DNA from: Hemiscyllium ocellatum
Taxonomy: Eukaryota
Direction of reading: 5' to 3'
Assembly: GCF_020745735.1 (NCBI RefSeq)
Contig: NC_083404.1
Location: 37,323,731 to 37,387,730 of the forward strand
DNA: 64,000 nt
Part shown: piece by piece, positions 35,351 through 48,620 of the stretch
How positions within the stretch are numbered: the first letter of the stretch is position 1
Layout of the letters: each line of letters begins with the position of its first letter
Made by a program: the position numbers and the translations under genes
The notes under the pieces: model-generated
Told to the model about the DNA's origin: nothing
Seen by the model: the letters and a program-made list of their open reading frames with translations, nothing else
The model's database searches: none

Positions 35351-38300
35351 CTCACCTTCTACCCCACCAATCTCCATATACAATGCATCACCCTGTGCCA
35401 TTTCCACAACCTACAGTCAGACCTACACTGGTCACAGGCCTCCAGTCTGAAAAAACCCTCCATCACCACCTTTGAGCCTGTTCTGCATCCAAATGGCTAG
35501 TTATCCCTGTATTCCATATGATCTCAACTTGCTAATCAGTCTACCATGAGCAGCCTTGTGAATGCCTTACTGAAGTCAATATCGATCACCTCCACCACTG
35601 TCTCTGCATTAATACTCTTCATTACTTCTTCAAAAAACTCAATCAAGTCAGTGAGACGTAATTTCCCATGCACAAAATCATGTTGACTATCCTTAATCAG
35701 CCCTTGCCTTTCCAAATACATGTAAATCTTATCACTCAGGATTCCGTCCAGCAACTTGCCCACCACCGATGTTAGGCTCACTGGTCTAAAGTTCCCTAGC
35801 CTTTCCTTACCGCCTTTCTTAAATTGTGGCACCACATTAGCCAATCTTCAGTTTTCCTGCACCACACTTGTGGCTATCAATGATACAACTATCTCAGCGA
35901 GGGGCCCAGGAGTCATTTCTCTCACTTCCCACAGATTTATGTGGACACATGATCAGCTCGTACGGATTTATCTACCTTGCTGTGTTTAAGATTATCAACA
36001 CTACCTCCTCTCTAACAGTTTTCAAAATGTTTTTGTCTATTTCCCCATGTTCTCCATCTTCCATATCCTATTCCACAGTTTAAAAAAAGTGATGCAAAAT
36101 ACTCATTTATCATTTCCCTGACCTTCTGCAATTCCACACTCTAGCAGCCTTGCTGATCCTTAAGGGGCCCTATTCTCTCCGTAGTTACTTTTTTGTCCTT
36201 AACATATTTGTTGACTGCCTTTGGATTCTCCTTAACACCATTTGCCACTGATACCTCATTTCCTTTTTTTATCCTTCTGATTTCCCTCTGAAGTATATCC
36301 CTACTGCCTTTAAATTATTTGAAGGATTCACTCAATCTCTGCTGTCTATACCTAACATATGCTTCCTTCGTATTCTTAACCATCCCTCAATTTCTCCAGA
36401 TATCCAGCATTACCTTCAGCTGCCAGCCTTGCACTGCTGAGGATGTATTGGTTTACATTTGCCTGGGATCTAAGGCAACTCATTCCCTTCAAAATAGACT
36501 GACTACTGGGAGGGTAATTCTGAGGAAGGGCATTGAACCTAAATTTTTAAATCTGATTTCTCTCTTCAGATACTGTCAGACTGCTAAACCTTACCAGCAA
36601 TTTCTGTTTTTGTAATGACTGACAGCAGTCATTCCCAGAGATTCAGTGAACCCTACATGTTATCGATTCTCCTTAAAAATTCGGAAACTACTAATTGGAA
36701 TGTAAAGAGTGCATTTACTCCAAGTTTTTGATACTTGAATGACTCATAGATTGTTGCATCACAAATGGAGACTGTTCAGTCTATTCTGCCCGTGGCACAT
36801 TTTTGAAAAAAAAACCCATACGATTAGAGACATCCTCTTCTCTATTTCCTGTTGGCGCTGCAAACCTATTTTGCCTTGAACAATTTATCTCATACAGTTT
36901 TAAAAGTCACAATTGAATTAGCACACATCATCTTGCTAATTGCATTCTCTTGCACATAAACCTTGCTGTGCAAATTGCTCATGTCTCTTCTTCTATGGTC
37001 AGTTATATACACTTTGGTTCCTTTAGTTAAAAATATGTTAAAAAAAAGACTGTCAATGGAAACATTTCCTTTTTATTATCCTGAGCAAAACTGTGCATGA
37101 CCCTCACACACCTCTATCAAATCTTTTTAAACTTCTATTGTTCTAAGGAGAACAACCCAGACCTGAGATTCCCCATCCCTGCTTGCATTCTCGCCAATCT
37201 TCATTGTACTCCTGGCATATGGTTTGGGACATCTTTCTAAAAGGTTGTACCTCGATATTGCCATAATGATCCCAGTTGTATTTTATGAAAGGTTGGCAAG
37301 CCTTTTCTGCTTTTCATTCTTGTGCCTCTTCATTGAACCCATTTCTTCCTATTGTACTTAATGGGATGTTTGTTGGTGATGCTTGTTTATGATCCATTGT
37401 CAACAGAGCTGACCAATTCACATAGCAGATATCTGCCATCTAGCAGATGTACCCTGAAATTGCCCCTAGTGAGAACATAGGCAAAAGTGAGGACTGCAGA
37501 TGCTGGAAATCAGAGTCTGGATTCGAATGGTGCTGGAAAAGCACGTCAGGTCAGGCAGCATCTGAGGAACAGGAAAATCGATGTTTCGGGCAAAAGCCCT
37601 TCATCAGGAATCAGAATTTTCTGACCTGTTTTCCAGCACCACTCTCATCTAGACCGAGTGAGAACATGTCATAACTTTGGGTTTATGCTTTATATACGCA
37701 TGGTTTCTATACCTGTCCTTTAACAAAGGAAGGATCTTGTGATACCTTTGAAAGCAGCCTTTTCTCCTTATTCTGTCAACTCTTGTTTTGTAATTTCCAT
37801 CTATTATAAAGAGCAGTGATTCACGCTGTTGGAAATCTTTGCACACTCCTCTAATGTCAGAATTTGAAAATAAGCATTTCCAATGCTTTCCATTTTAATT
37901 CATCGCCATGCCCTCTTCCTCACAATTCTGAGCTTGACCTGTTGCATGTTCAATTGAAATTCAATGCAAGCTCAAAGACTAATACCTCATTTCCAATTAG
38001 GCACTTTACAGCCTTATGGACTCAATATTGATATGAGCAGTTTCAGAACTTTGTTCCCAGTTTTAATTCTGATTTAATTCCATGTGTCAGTCTGATAAAT
38101 GTCTTCCTTGTGTTTGTTTTTGGAGTTGTTCATTATTCTATTCTTCATACTAAATGTGGACAAATGCTTTGTTTCATTACAACAACCATAACCAATCCTT
38201 TTGCCTTTTGCTCTGTATCATCTTTGGCATTTAGTCTCTTGTCTTACCAAGCCCAGACCTATCTTTTGCTCTTCCTCTGTTCCATCTCTTCGCTCTTTTC

Positions 38301-38441
38301 AACTACAGAAAATCATCCAATCATGAGAAATAAATGTCAAAAATGCTTGTAATCCTCAATGGGTCTGGCATCACCTGTGGATAGAGAAGCAGAATTATTG
38401 TTTTGATTCAAACATAATGCTTCTTTATGCCACTGAAAAGA
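34950..38441 (+). repeat. Older partial paralogue (C) of 1-3451
   Basis: Collinear with the window start at lower identity than A/B; ends in an inverted segment of about 140 bp. Confidence 0.9.
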
Positions 38442-40120
38442 AATGGAGGTTCTAAAAATATCTACAACTTACATGATGTGGGAGACTAGAACATCAGTGG
38501 AAAGGAAATAGCTCAGGCATTTGTAAGAATCAGCTTTGCTTCATCCCACTTAGTTCACACCCTGTAGTAACAAGAAATGGCTGAAGGCACTGATATGCAA
38601 AGCCTATTGCCCCTGACAATATTCAGTGAATAGTACTGAAGATCTCTGCTCCAGAACTTGCTGCATCCCTCATGAAGCTGCTCCAGTGCAGCTACAGCAG
38701 TGGTGTTTCCCTAAAAATATGGAAAACTGCCCAAGTATGCCCAAAAGGTAGGACAAACATAATTCAATCAATTACCACCCAATTGATTTATGCTGATGGT
38801 CATTAGTAAAATGATGGAAAATGTGACTAACAGTGCTATCATGTAGCACGTGCTTAGAAATAATCTGATCGCTGACCCTCAGATTGATTCTACCAGAACC
38901 ATTCAGCTCTTGAACTTATCATAGGCTTCATCCACAATCAAGCAAAACAATCTTTACACAGGAGTGAAGATGACAGTGACTGCCGTTGACATCAAGCATG
39001 TATTTGACATGTGGCATGGAGGACCACTAATAAAATTTCAAAAATTGTGGAAAACACTCTAGTGGTTGTTGGAAATCAGATGAGAGTTAAATGAGCTAAA
39101 TTTGAAATGATTGAGGGCACAGCTGTTTGCAGTGGACTGGAAAAAGGAGTTGAACAACAAATGCAGTTGAGAACATGTTTAACAGCACATGTTTAAGAAA
39201 ATACTTCACAGCTAATAGCAACGATATATTCCAGCAAGAGAAAAGGATTTGAGGAAATAGATATATCAACCATGACGAAAAAGGGACATTAAGGATAGTA
39301 TCAGATCAAGAGAAAATATGGCAACATTTATGGTAGGCTAGAGGACTGGGAACATTTTAGAAATGAACAGAAAATGACTAAAAGACAATAAAGAGGGAGA
39401 AGATGAACTTTGCAAGTAACATCAGGATGGACAGCAAACCTTCTTCAATATGTGAAAAGGAAGTGAGAAGCCAAAATAAAAATAGGGCCTGAGAGAATGA
39501 GGTGGGCAAATCATAATCCCAGAACCAGGACATGACAGAGCAGTTAAAGAAATATGTTTCACCAGTCTTCACTGTAGAGGACACAAAAGCATTGAAAATT
39601 TACTAAATATTCAAGGGACAACATGAGGGGAGGAAATAAATGCAATAACTATATCAAGAGAAAACATCCTAGGGAAACTAATAGGGCTAACGAATGATAG
39701 GTGCCTGGAGCCAGTTGAATACATTAGTGGATACAAAAGGAAGTAGCTGCAGAGAGTGCATACACTCATAGTAATCTTATAAGAATCATTAGATTCTGGT
39801 AAGGTTGAAGAGGATTGGAAAACTGTATAATACCTTGGTTTAAAAAGGTAACAGACAACAAAGCAGGTGACTGTAGGTCAGTTAGCTTCATGTCAGAGAT
39901 TTGGGAAATGCTAGAGTCTGTTTTAATGGATGTAATAGCAGAGTCTTTAGATGTCCATAGTATGAGCATGCAGAATCATCATGGCATCACGAAGGAGAAG
40001 TCATGCCTGACCATTTGACTAGAATCCTTTGAGGAAGTAACAAGCCTACCAAATAAAGGGGAAGCAGAGAAGGAAGAAGATCCACAGCAATATGGTTGAC
40101 TCTTATCTGCTATGGGGGCA

Positions 40121-40435
40121 ATTAGATTAGATTACTTACAGTATGGAAACAGGCCCTTCGGCCCAACAAGTCCACACCGACCCTCCGAAGTGCACCCACC
40201 AAGACCCATTCCCCTACATACTCCTGCACCTAACACTAGGGGCAATTTAGCTTGGCCAATTCACCTAGCCTGCAATCTTTGGATTGTGGGAGGAAACCGG
40301 AGCACCTGGAGGAAACCCATGCAGACATGGGGAGAATGTGCAAACTCCACACAGTCAGTCGCCTGAGGCGAGAATTGAACCCAGGTCTCTGGCGCTGTGA
40401 GGCAGCAGTGCTAACCACTGTGCCACCGTGCCGCC
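40121..40435 (-). mobile_element. HE1-type V-SINE
   Basis: tRNA-like head GGCGGCACGGTGGCACAGTGGTTAGC, V-domain, LINE-like tail with TAATC repeats; absent from the paralogous site in unit E (~54115). Confidence 0.88.
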
Positions 40436-42256
40436 TGAAGGGATTAGGGATGGATAATAAATGCTGGCCTAGACAGCGACACCTTCATCCCATGAATAAC
40501 TAAAAATAGACAGAAATATATGTGTGAAGGCACCATGAGACTGCAGAGGGATAGAGACATGTAAGGTAAATAAGGAAAACTTGCCATATTGAATGTAATA
40601 TGAGATTACATTTGTTTCCCTTATCAGTGAAATCATAAAAAATGAAAATATAGCATTGTTGTGCTTGCAAACAAAAAATGCAGCATTTATCTTTATGAAG
40701 AATATGTGCTAATTCAATTGAGAAATTTAAATCTGGGACTAAATATATTTTCTGATCAATGTTTATTTTGTGCCATGTGCACTGTGGACCACAGCAGACG
40801 ATGCAGTGTGCATTCTCTCAGCATTGTTACAGTGACAATATGACCATTTTAACTCAGTGCCAGTGAGAAACATTAAGATGATTCCAGTCAGATCCATCTG
40901 GGGCTTGCAGGAGATCTTTTAGGTGGTGGTATTCCCATCCACCAACTACATTTGCCCTTCTAGAAATTCTGGATTTGGTAGCAATGGTGAATGCTGCTAG
41001 CATCTTGCAGATGGTGCACTGTGCAGCCGTGGTGCATTAATGTTTGAAAGTAATGAATACAGTTCCAATTAATTGGGGCACTTTTTCCTTGGATGGTGTG
41101 CACCTTCTTGAGTGTTGTCATAGCCACTCCCATCCTGGCAATTGAAGACAATTCTCCCATTCTGCTGATGTGTGAGCTGTATGGTGGGCAGGCTCTAAGG
41201 AGTGATGAGTTGATATTTTTCCACAATATACCCAGCCTCTGTTCTGATCTTTTAACCACAGAGGTTATATAGTTGGCTGGTTAGTTTTCTCATCCATGGT
41301 AGTCCCCAGGATGTTGATGGTATTGGTCTTAATTCTGGTCAGCAATTGAATGTCACAGTGAGGTGCTTAAATTCCCTTATGTTGCAGAAGATCACTGCTT
41401 TGCATTTGTGTGAAATTCTCAGATCAAGCCTGAACATTGTTCAGGTTCTCCTACATATAGATATTGACAGATTCAATAGCTGATGAGACATGAATGATCA
41501 CAAACAACAGCGTCATCAACAAATATCCCTATTTTGAATTTCATAATGGAGAGAATTGATGAAGTAACTGAAGATGCTTGGACCTAGATCACCATTCTGA
41601 TGGCCTCCCATGGTAATGTCTCAGAGTTGGGATTATTGGCTTCCAACAATATCAGGTATTTGCCATTGTGTTATGTATGATGCCAGTTATTGAAGAGTCC
41701 CTGACACACTATTCTCATTTACCTTAATTCTACTGAGGATCCTTATTTGGTTAATGCTTCCTTGCTTTTAAGGTAATTGATGCTGAGCTGTGTTTTAATA
41801 CGTTTGAATTGAAATTGTTATAAGAACTGGAGAGGAGTGGTCCTGATTGAATCAAACCTGAAATCTGTGAATGTGCTGTTGCTGTATGGGTAATTTTAAT
41901 CAAACTGTTCAACATCTCATGACATACCGCTGGACTGGGTGGGACTTGATCCTGCCTCAGAGAGAGAGAGACACACAAATTCCTGCTTGATAACTTTATC
42001 ATTTATACCTTCCATCACTTTGATAATAACTGAAAAATGACTGTTACAGGAAGCAATTAGCCAATTTGATTTGTCACAAGTTTCATGAGGAGGACTTGCT
42101 CAAGAAATTGTACACCATTCAGGTGTTGTTGTTGGAGCTTTATGGAACACATTAACTTTGACACAATTGTGCCCAGCTTTTTTTATGTGAAGGAACACTG
42201 ATTCATCAGATCAGGACAGCATATCATTATCAACTAGAAGTTTCACACTCATCTTT

Positions 42257-42568
42257 TTTTTAGATTAGACTTACAGTGTGGAAACAGGCCCTTCGGCCCA
42301 ACAAGTCCACACCGACCCACCGAAGCGCAACCCACCCATTCCCCTACATTTATCCCTTCACCTAACACTATGGGCAATTTAGCATGGCCAATTTGCCTAA
42401 CCTGCACATCTTTAGACTGTGGGAGGAAACCGGAGCACCCGGAGGAAACCCACGCAGACACGGGGAGAACGTGCAAACTCCACACAGACAGTCGCCTGAG
42501 TCAGGAATTGAACCCAGGTCTCTGGCGCTGTGAGGCAGCAGTGCTAACCACTGTGCCACCGTGCCACC
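42257..42568 (-). mobile_element. HE1-type V-SINE
   Basis: Full-length; possible TSD ATCTTT at 42251-42256 and 42577-42582. Confidence 0.88.
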
Positions 42569-43812
42569 AAACCGTGATCTTTGATCAGATTATATGAGAT
42601 GCAATTTCCTGGGACAGTGTGGTGCAGTGGTAGTGCCCTTGCCAATGGTCCAGGAGTTCCAGCTTAAAGTCCCACTGGCATCAGAGATGTGTCAATGTGA
42701 TGAACTAGTTGAGTTTAAAAATGTGTATTTGAAATTTCATGGATTTCAAAGTTAAGTTTAGAACTCCTGGCCAATCCCTCCACCTGTATACATGGGACTA
42801 CCTCTCACTTTTGGTGCAATGTATTACATGCAGCAGGTTGGTGGTTGAGATTGGGACAGTGGTTTCAGAAATGATTTGGTCATTTCATTTCTTGAACAGT
42901 CTATGGGCGCAAGATCCTAGGTGTGTGAGAGGTATCTTGCAAGATCTAATGCCAAAGACGATTGATTCTCCTATTTTATTCTTAATTGACTTTTCTGCAG
43001 CAGTCCATAGACTCCATTTGGCGTGTTTCACACACAGGGTGGCAGGTTTCATTGACTACCAATTATTTGTAAACTCAATTGCTGTTCAAGGAATTCCAGT
43101 AGTTTCACTGCATTACTGCATATAATATTTTAAAAATGTAAAACCTCAACCACTATAATGGTGTGTGAATTTCTCTTCAGAGCTTTAGTCCACAACTCCA
43201 GATAACTAGTCATGTCACCTTACCGCGGTATTCATTCTAGGTTGTGGATGAGGATCCATGGTTGGTTTATAGTTTTAGATCACACATCACCATGAAATCT
43301 CTATACATTGGACCAGACTCTAAGAGGTGAAAGACTTTCCCATTTTAATTATCTTGGATGTGACTGCAATATGTATTGGATGCAGTTTGTTAGTTTAGCT
43401 GGCATTTTCATTGATACGTAGTCATTTGATAATGTAAGGCTTTAAAATTCATTGTTAGATTTTCTCAGTTTAATTGAAGATCTACTTTTTATTTTGTATG
43501 CTCTCATCAACCTGTTCAGAAATGTTATCACATGCCTTTAGAGCAGATGGGACCTAAACCAGGTTAGAGACCACAAGAAATCTTAGATCTACCTTTCTTA
43601 TTCAGTAAGAATTTTGAGCAGTTAGAAGAATATTTCTATGCCCCACTCCAAACCATGTCAGAATATCCATTTTTTTTGGTTGTTATGAAGTTGAAGGTGT
43701 GTAGTGTATGTGTGTAGTGTAAAAGAATGTGAATACTGTTCTGAACTGAGAGTTGATAAGTAACTGTGATGAATAGCTAGCAGTCTCAGAGTATACTGGA
43801 AAATTGAAAATT

Positions 43813-44125
43813 TTAGATTATTAGACTTACAGTGTGGAAACAGGCCCTTCGGCCCAACAAGTCCACACCGACCCGCCGAAGCGCAACCCACCCATACCCC
43901 TACATTTACCCCTTACCTAACACTACGGGCAATTTAGCTTGGCCAATTCACCTGACCCGCACATCTTTGGACTGTGGGAGGAAACCGGAGCACCCGGAGG
44001 AAACCCACGCAGACACGGGGAGAACGTGCAAACTCCACACAGTCAGTCGCCTGAGTCGGGAATTGAACCCGGGTCTACAGGCGCTGTGAGGCAGCAGTGC
44101 TAACCACTGTGCCACCGTGCCGCCC
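43813..44125 (-). mobile_element. HE1-type V-SINE (young-looking)
   Basis: Full-length; absent from the paralogous site in unit E (~59150). Confidence 0.88.
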
Positions 44126-44132
44126 TTAAAGT

Positions 44133-44797
44133 ATGTCGTGTTTGGCTGTAAAATGGATGTCTGAGTTGGTTGCTGTTTTGACAGCAATTCGAATTTAACC
44201 AATGAATTTAAATTATGCCCCAGGATAGTGAAACCCAATCGAGTTTGAATTTGTTGTTTTGCCAACGTTGAAACAATGAGATGTTCTGATGTTGGGGGTG
44301 CTTAAAAGCAGGCATTTTGAAAGTCAGACAGTGTAACTGCCATTGAGAGGGTAACTGCCATTGAGAGAGTAACTGCCATCGAGAGGGAGAGAGACCCAAA
44401 ACATTGAAACACTCTCTGTCAAAGGTACCTTTTCATATGAAAAAAATCAAAGAAAACTGAAAGATTTGATGCAGGAAGATCTTCAGACAAAGAAGAAAGG
44501 CAGTGGAGATGACAGCCGCTGTACAGTTTTGAAATTAAGTTGATGTAATTTTAATAAGTGCTTATTGGAACAGTATAGTTTTATAAAATTGGAGACAGGT
44601 AATAGCAGTTAAGAGAAAGGGGGCTTAAAATTGTGAATAATTGTTGTTTAATGTTCACTTTTAGAGTTAAAGAATAAATTTAAAGAGTGGAATTTGGGAG
44701 TTCTTTATCACTCATACTTTAACAGATTACGTGGCTTGGTGCAGTTTTCTGGGTGTTAGGTTTAATTAATAGAAGGATTCACCGCCATGTTGTAATA
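44133..44797. mobile_element. Possible solo LTR (paralogue ~59150-59801)
   Basis: About 650-bp segment starting TGT and ending TGTAATA, with an internal AATAAA; no TSD resolved. Confidence 0.35.
44333..44386 (+). repeat. 18-bp minisatellite, three copies of GTAACTGCCATTGAGAGG
   Basis: Units start at 44333, 44351 and 44369; two degenerate units at the paralogous site ~59350. Confidence 0.85.
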
Positions 44798-47429
44798 GTG
44801 CATAGATCAACCTATTCACAATGAAAGTAATCTATGACATCTCTGTCACTGTCCCCAGTGTATCTTGTTTGGGTGACCAGAAATGGCAATATCACTCAAT
44901 CTGGTCTGACCAGAGGTTGTTATAGCTTGCCCATTACCTCCTCTGCCCTGCACTCATTTTGTGGTTTGTCAAAGGCAACCAGTTTATTCCCAATGGTGTT
45001 TGCTGCATTTGTTATTTGAGCTCCTTCTTCAACATCATGTTTGGATTTTCAAACTAATTCATAAGATTAATGTTCCGCCTATTGTTTCCACCTGATGTCT
45101 CTGTCTCTCCCATCCTCGGACTCCTATCTTTTTCTTTCCTCTGTCCTTTCTCCCTTTCCTTTCACTTTTTGATCCTGGTCTTTATCTCTTGGTGTCTCTT
45201 TTGTGATCTCCTGTCCTTTCTCATTCTCTTTCCTGTCCTCCATGTCATCCGGGTCTTCCTTTCTCTTCTCATGTCCTCTCTTCCTGCTTTACACTATCTT
45301 TGCTTGTTTACTTCTCATGTTCTCTCTACTTTTCTCCAGCTCTTCACTTCCTTCCTTTTCTGATTGTCTGTCCATTATATTTTCTCACATTCTTTCTTTC
45401 AGACTCACTCTCTGAAAATGAAGTGCAGGGAGTTTTGGCTGTGCCAGTATAACGAAGACAGAAAATTAACACTTAGATGTAATTTGGAGATGCCGGTGTT
45501 GGACTGGTGTTTAAAAAGTTAAAAATCACACAACATTAGGTTATAGTCCAACAGGTTTAATTGGAAGCACTAGCTTTAGGAGGGCTGCTCCGTTATCAGG
45601 TGATACATCTAACCAATTAGATGTAGGAAGCAATTAGGCAAATGTTTGCCTGCCATTCAATGGCATCAGGTGCAAGACTAAGGACGCCTTGCTACAAGTA
45701 TACGTGCCTTTGCTAAGACTACGTGCAGTTTTAGTGTGAGGAAGTGTATATCTTCTTAGCAAATGTTCAGCAGCTTGGTTACTGGAAAGAGAAGGGTGTC
45801 CGAAAGTGAAAGGTTGATTACGTAGCCTCTATTTGCTCAAGAGTTCAAAACAATGAAAGGTGTTCGAACTGAAACAAAATATTCTAAAAGGTCTTTGCAG
45901 GATAGTCGCAAGCCTTGTTTCTCTGATTGGAAGATCTGGAAATAGGGTAGCACGGGCACAACTTAAGAGAAAGGAATTTATTGTTCTAGACTACGATGAG
46001 GAGAAACATCTTCCTTGCAGGTTGTGAATCTGTGGAAATTTATATCACAAACTGTTGAGGTTGGGTCTATAACTGAGTATATTCAAAGCCCAGATGACTA
46101 GAACTTTGTATTTTTCAGAGAGACAGGGATGAGGGGAGTTGAGGCAGATCATTGATCAAAATCGTAATATGTGTTGGTGTAGACTGCAGCAATCATGCTT
46201 TATTCCTGTTCCTGTTTCTTACTTTAACTCTTGCCATCTCCTGTTATTTGTACTTCCTATGGCCGTTTGAAATGAATGCAGATGAATCGACCATGATTAA
46301 AATAACGGATTTTCTTTGGTGTCCTGACCAATATTTATCTTCAACTGCCGTCACTAACCTAGATCTTTAACGTTTACCTTACGGCCCTTTGAGGGATCTT
46401 GTGTGCATCTTGGCCGCTTCATGCCTGTGATTTACAACGTCTTTAATAATATGAACGTTTTTAGGAAATATCCTGCTCATGAAATATAAAATAGAAACTG
46501 AGAGCACAGTAGTCCAATCAACTTTTCGAACCTGTTCGGCTTGCAATATGGTCATGGCTGACCCGATAGCTCAGTGCCATATTCCCCCACTCGCCCCACA
46601 CACCTTGGTGCCTTCAGAAGAGAAAAAGAAAGTATGTCTTGCAAGATATATCGAAAATATCAACAGTTTCGAACCAATTCCATCCAGATTCACATTTGAT
46701 ACGCTGGATAATTCATGTGCTCCAAAGTCAGATGAATCCGCTCACTTATGTGAAATGTATCCGTCATCTGACCCAGGAGTGTAATCCTTCTTAAAGAAAC
46801 GTATACATCCTGCACTCTCTTCATTCAATCCCGTGCTGAGGAAAGGTTCAACAACGTTTCACCCTACAGTCCAAAGTTAAATAGAAAATGTGCCAGAAAC
46901 TCAATGTACTGTGTTGTTGAGTTTATTTTTTGACATAGCAAACGGCATCATTCTAACTCGAAACCACCTGTTCAAAACAGCTGGTCCCCAACCGCCAGTG
47001 TCTAGACTCTAAATGTTCATTTTTGTTCGAATTCACTATATATGTGAAGCTGGAATAGTCCTTAAGGACTATAGGGATTCTGTCTTACTGAGAGAGAAAG
47101 TCGACTGATGGTGGTTTAACCTGAGGGTCACTGCGCCTCACGTTTAGGTGAAAAGTTAAGTAGAGCCCTTCATGGTAACATCAGCTCGAGCAGGAACTGA
47201 ATCCAAGCTGGGGGCGTCACTCTGCATTGTGAATCAGCTGACGAGCCAATGGATCTAACAAAGCCCTAGTAGGGAATAAAGGAAACGTTCGAACATTGCG
47301 TACAATTTCAAATACTGTGCGCATTCACGCAGCTGCTTTACGCTGGGTTGCATCAGAAGAATCACTGAGGCCACATGGGGAAAAGTTATCATTCCCAATT
47401 TTCTTTGATATTGGAGGATGCTTTTCTTG

Positions 47430-48620
47430 TTTACCTGATCGAAATCCTGAAATTGCACCATTTGACGACATTCCAAAATTGATTGGATCCTGGAGAGGTT
47501 CCAGTCAATTAGAAAAATGCTAATATACGCCCTTCATGGACCAGTCTGCTTAATGCCTGACGTTCGGGCATTGTTAGAATTCGTTATTAAGGATGTAGTA
47601 AGACGATATTTGTAAAGTCAAAATGCAATTCTGAAGCGTAAATCATGTTTCATTCATTTGCTAGAGTTCTTGAAGATGTCATAAACAAATGCATAATGGG
47701 GGTTCTGTAGCTGTAATGCATGTAGACTTCGAGAAGGCATTTGATGAGGTGCTTCACAAAACCTTATCATATAAGTAAGATCTCGTGGGGTTTGAGGAAA
47801 TACACGAGGTTGGATAAAGGGTAACCCACTAGAGAGCAGAGTCCAAATAAATACGCCTTCTTCTGGTTGGCAAGATCTAACTAGTGTGGTGTCACAGGAT
47901 AGACCTTCGGTCAAACCTTTTACAATCTGTGTCAATGACCTCGATGCATCGATAAGAATGGACTATGATCACATTTGTAGGTGATACCAGAATAAGCGGG
48001 AAAGAAAGTTGCAATGAAGAAATAAGGAAAAATATAAATGGATGCAGGTAACTTAAGGAAATCAACCGAAATTCGGCACATGGGGCTAAACGTGGATAAA
48101 TGTGAGGTTATTCATGCTGGTCAGAAGAATAAAAAGGAGAGTTATTTCCTAGATTGAGGAAAAAAACATTAATACTTCAGTGGAGTGGGGTCTGAGAGCC
48201 CGGGTGCATGTGTATGTTCTATGTTCCAATAAGGAAGCAAATAGCATTTTAGCATTTACTGCTAAAGGAATGGGGTGGAATAACGATTGTTGTTGCAATT
48301 ATACAAAGCCATTGGTGAGACTACATCCACACAGTTTTGACCCCCTTACTTCAGGAGGAATTGTTTTTCTCAAAGGCTGTAGGATTGACTACTCCGTAGT
48401 GTGTGGACGCCAGGATAGTAAGTCAATTTCTAAGTTGGAAACAGATAGATTTTGGATTAGTAATAGTTAAAGGATTTTGGGGGTCGGACAGGAAAGTGGA
48501 GTTGAGAACGAGATGAGATTAGTCATGGTAGTGTTAAATGGCCGAGTATGCTCCAAGGGCTGAATTGCCTACACCTGCTCCTGGTTATTCTGTTCTCATG
48601 TTCAATTGGATAGCCCGTTA
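47430..48620 (+). mobile_element. Old CR1-type LINE ORF2 remnant (paralogue ~62480-63880)
   Basis: Recognisable decayed RT sequence such as GACTTCGAGAAGGCATTTGATGAGGTG; multiple frameshifts. Confidence 0.65.

Noticed and set aside
40112-44265. Short ORFs recurring at about 40.2, 42.3, 43.9 and 56.1 kb
   Set aside because: They are translations of HE1 SINE copies, not genes.
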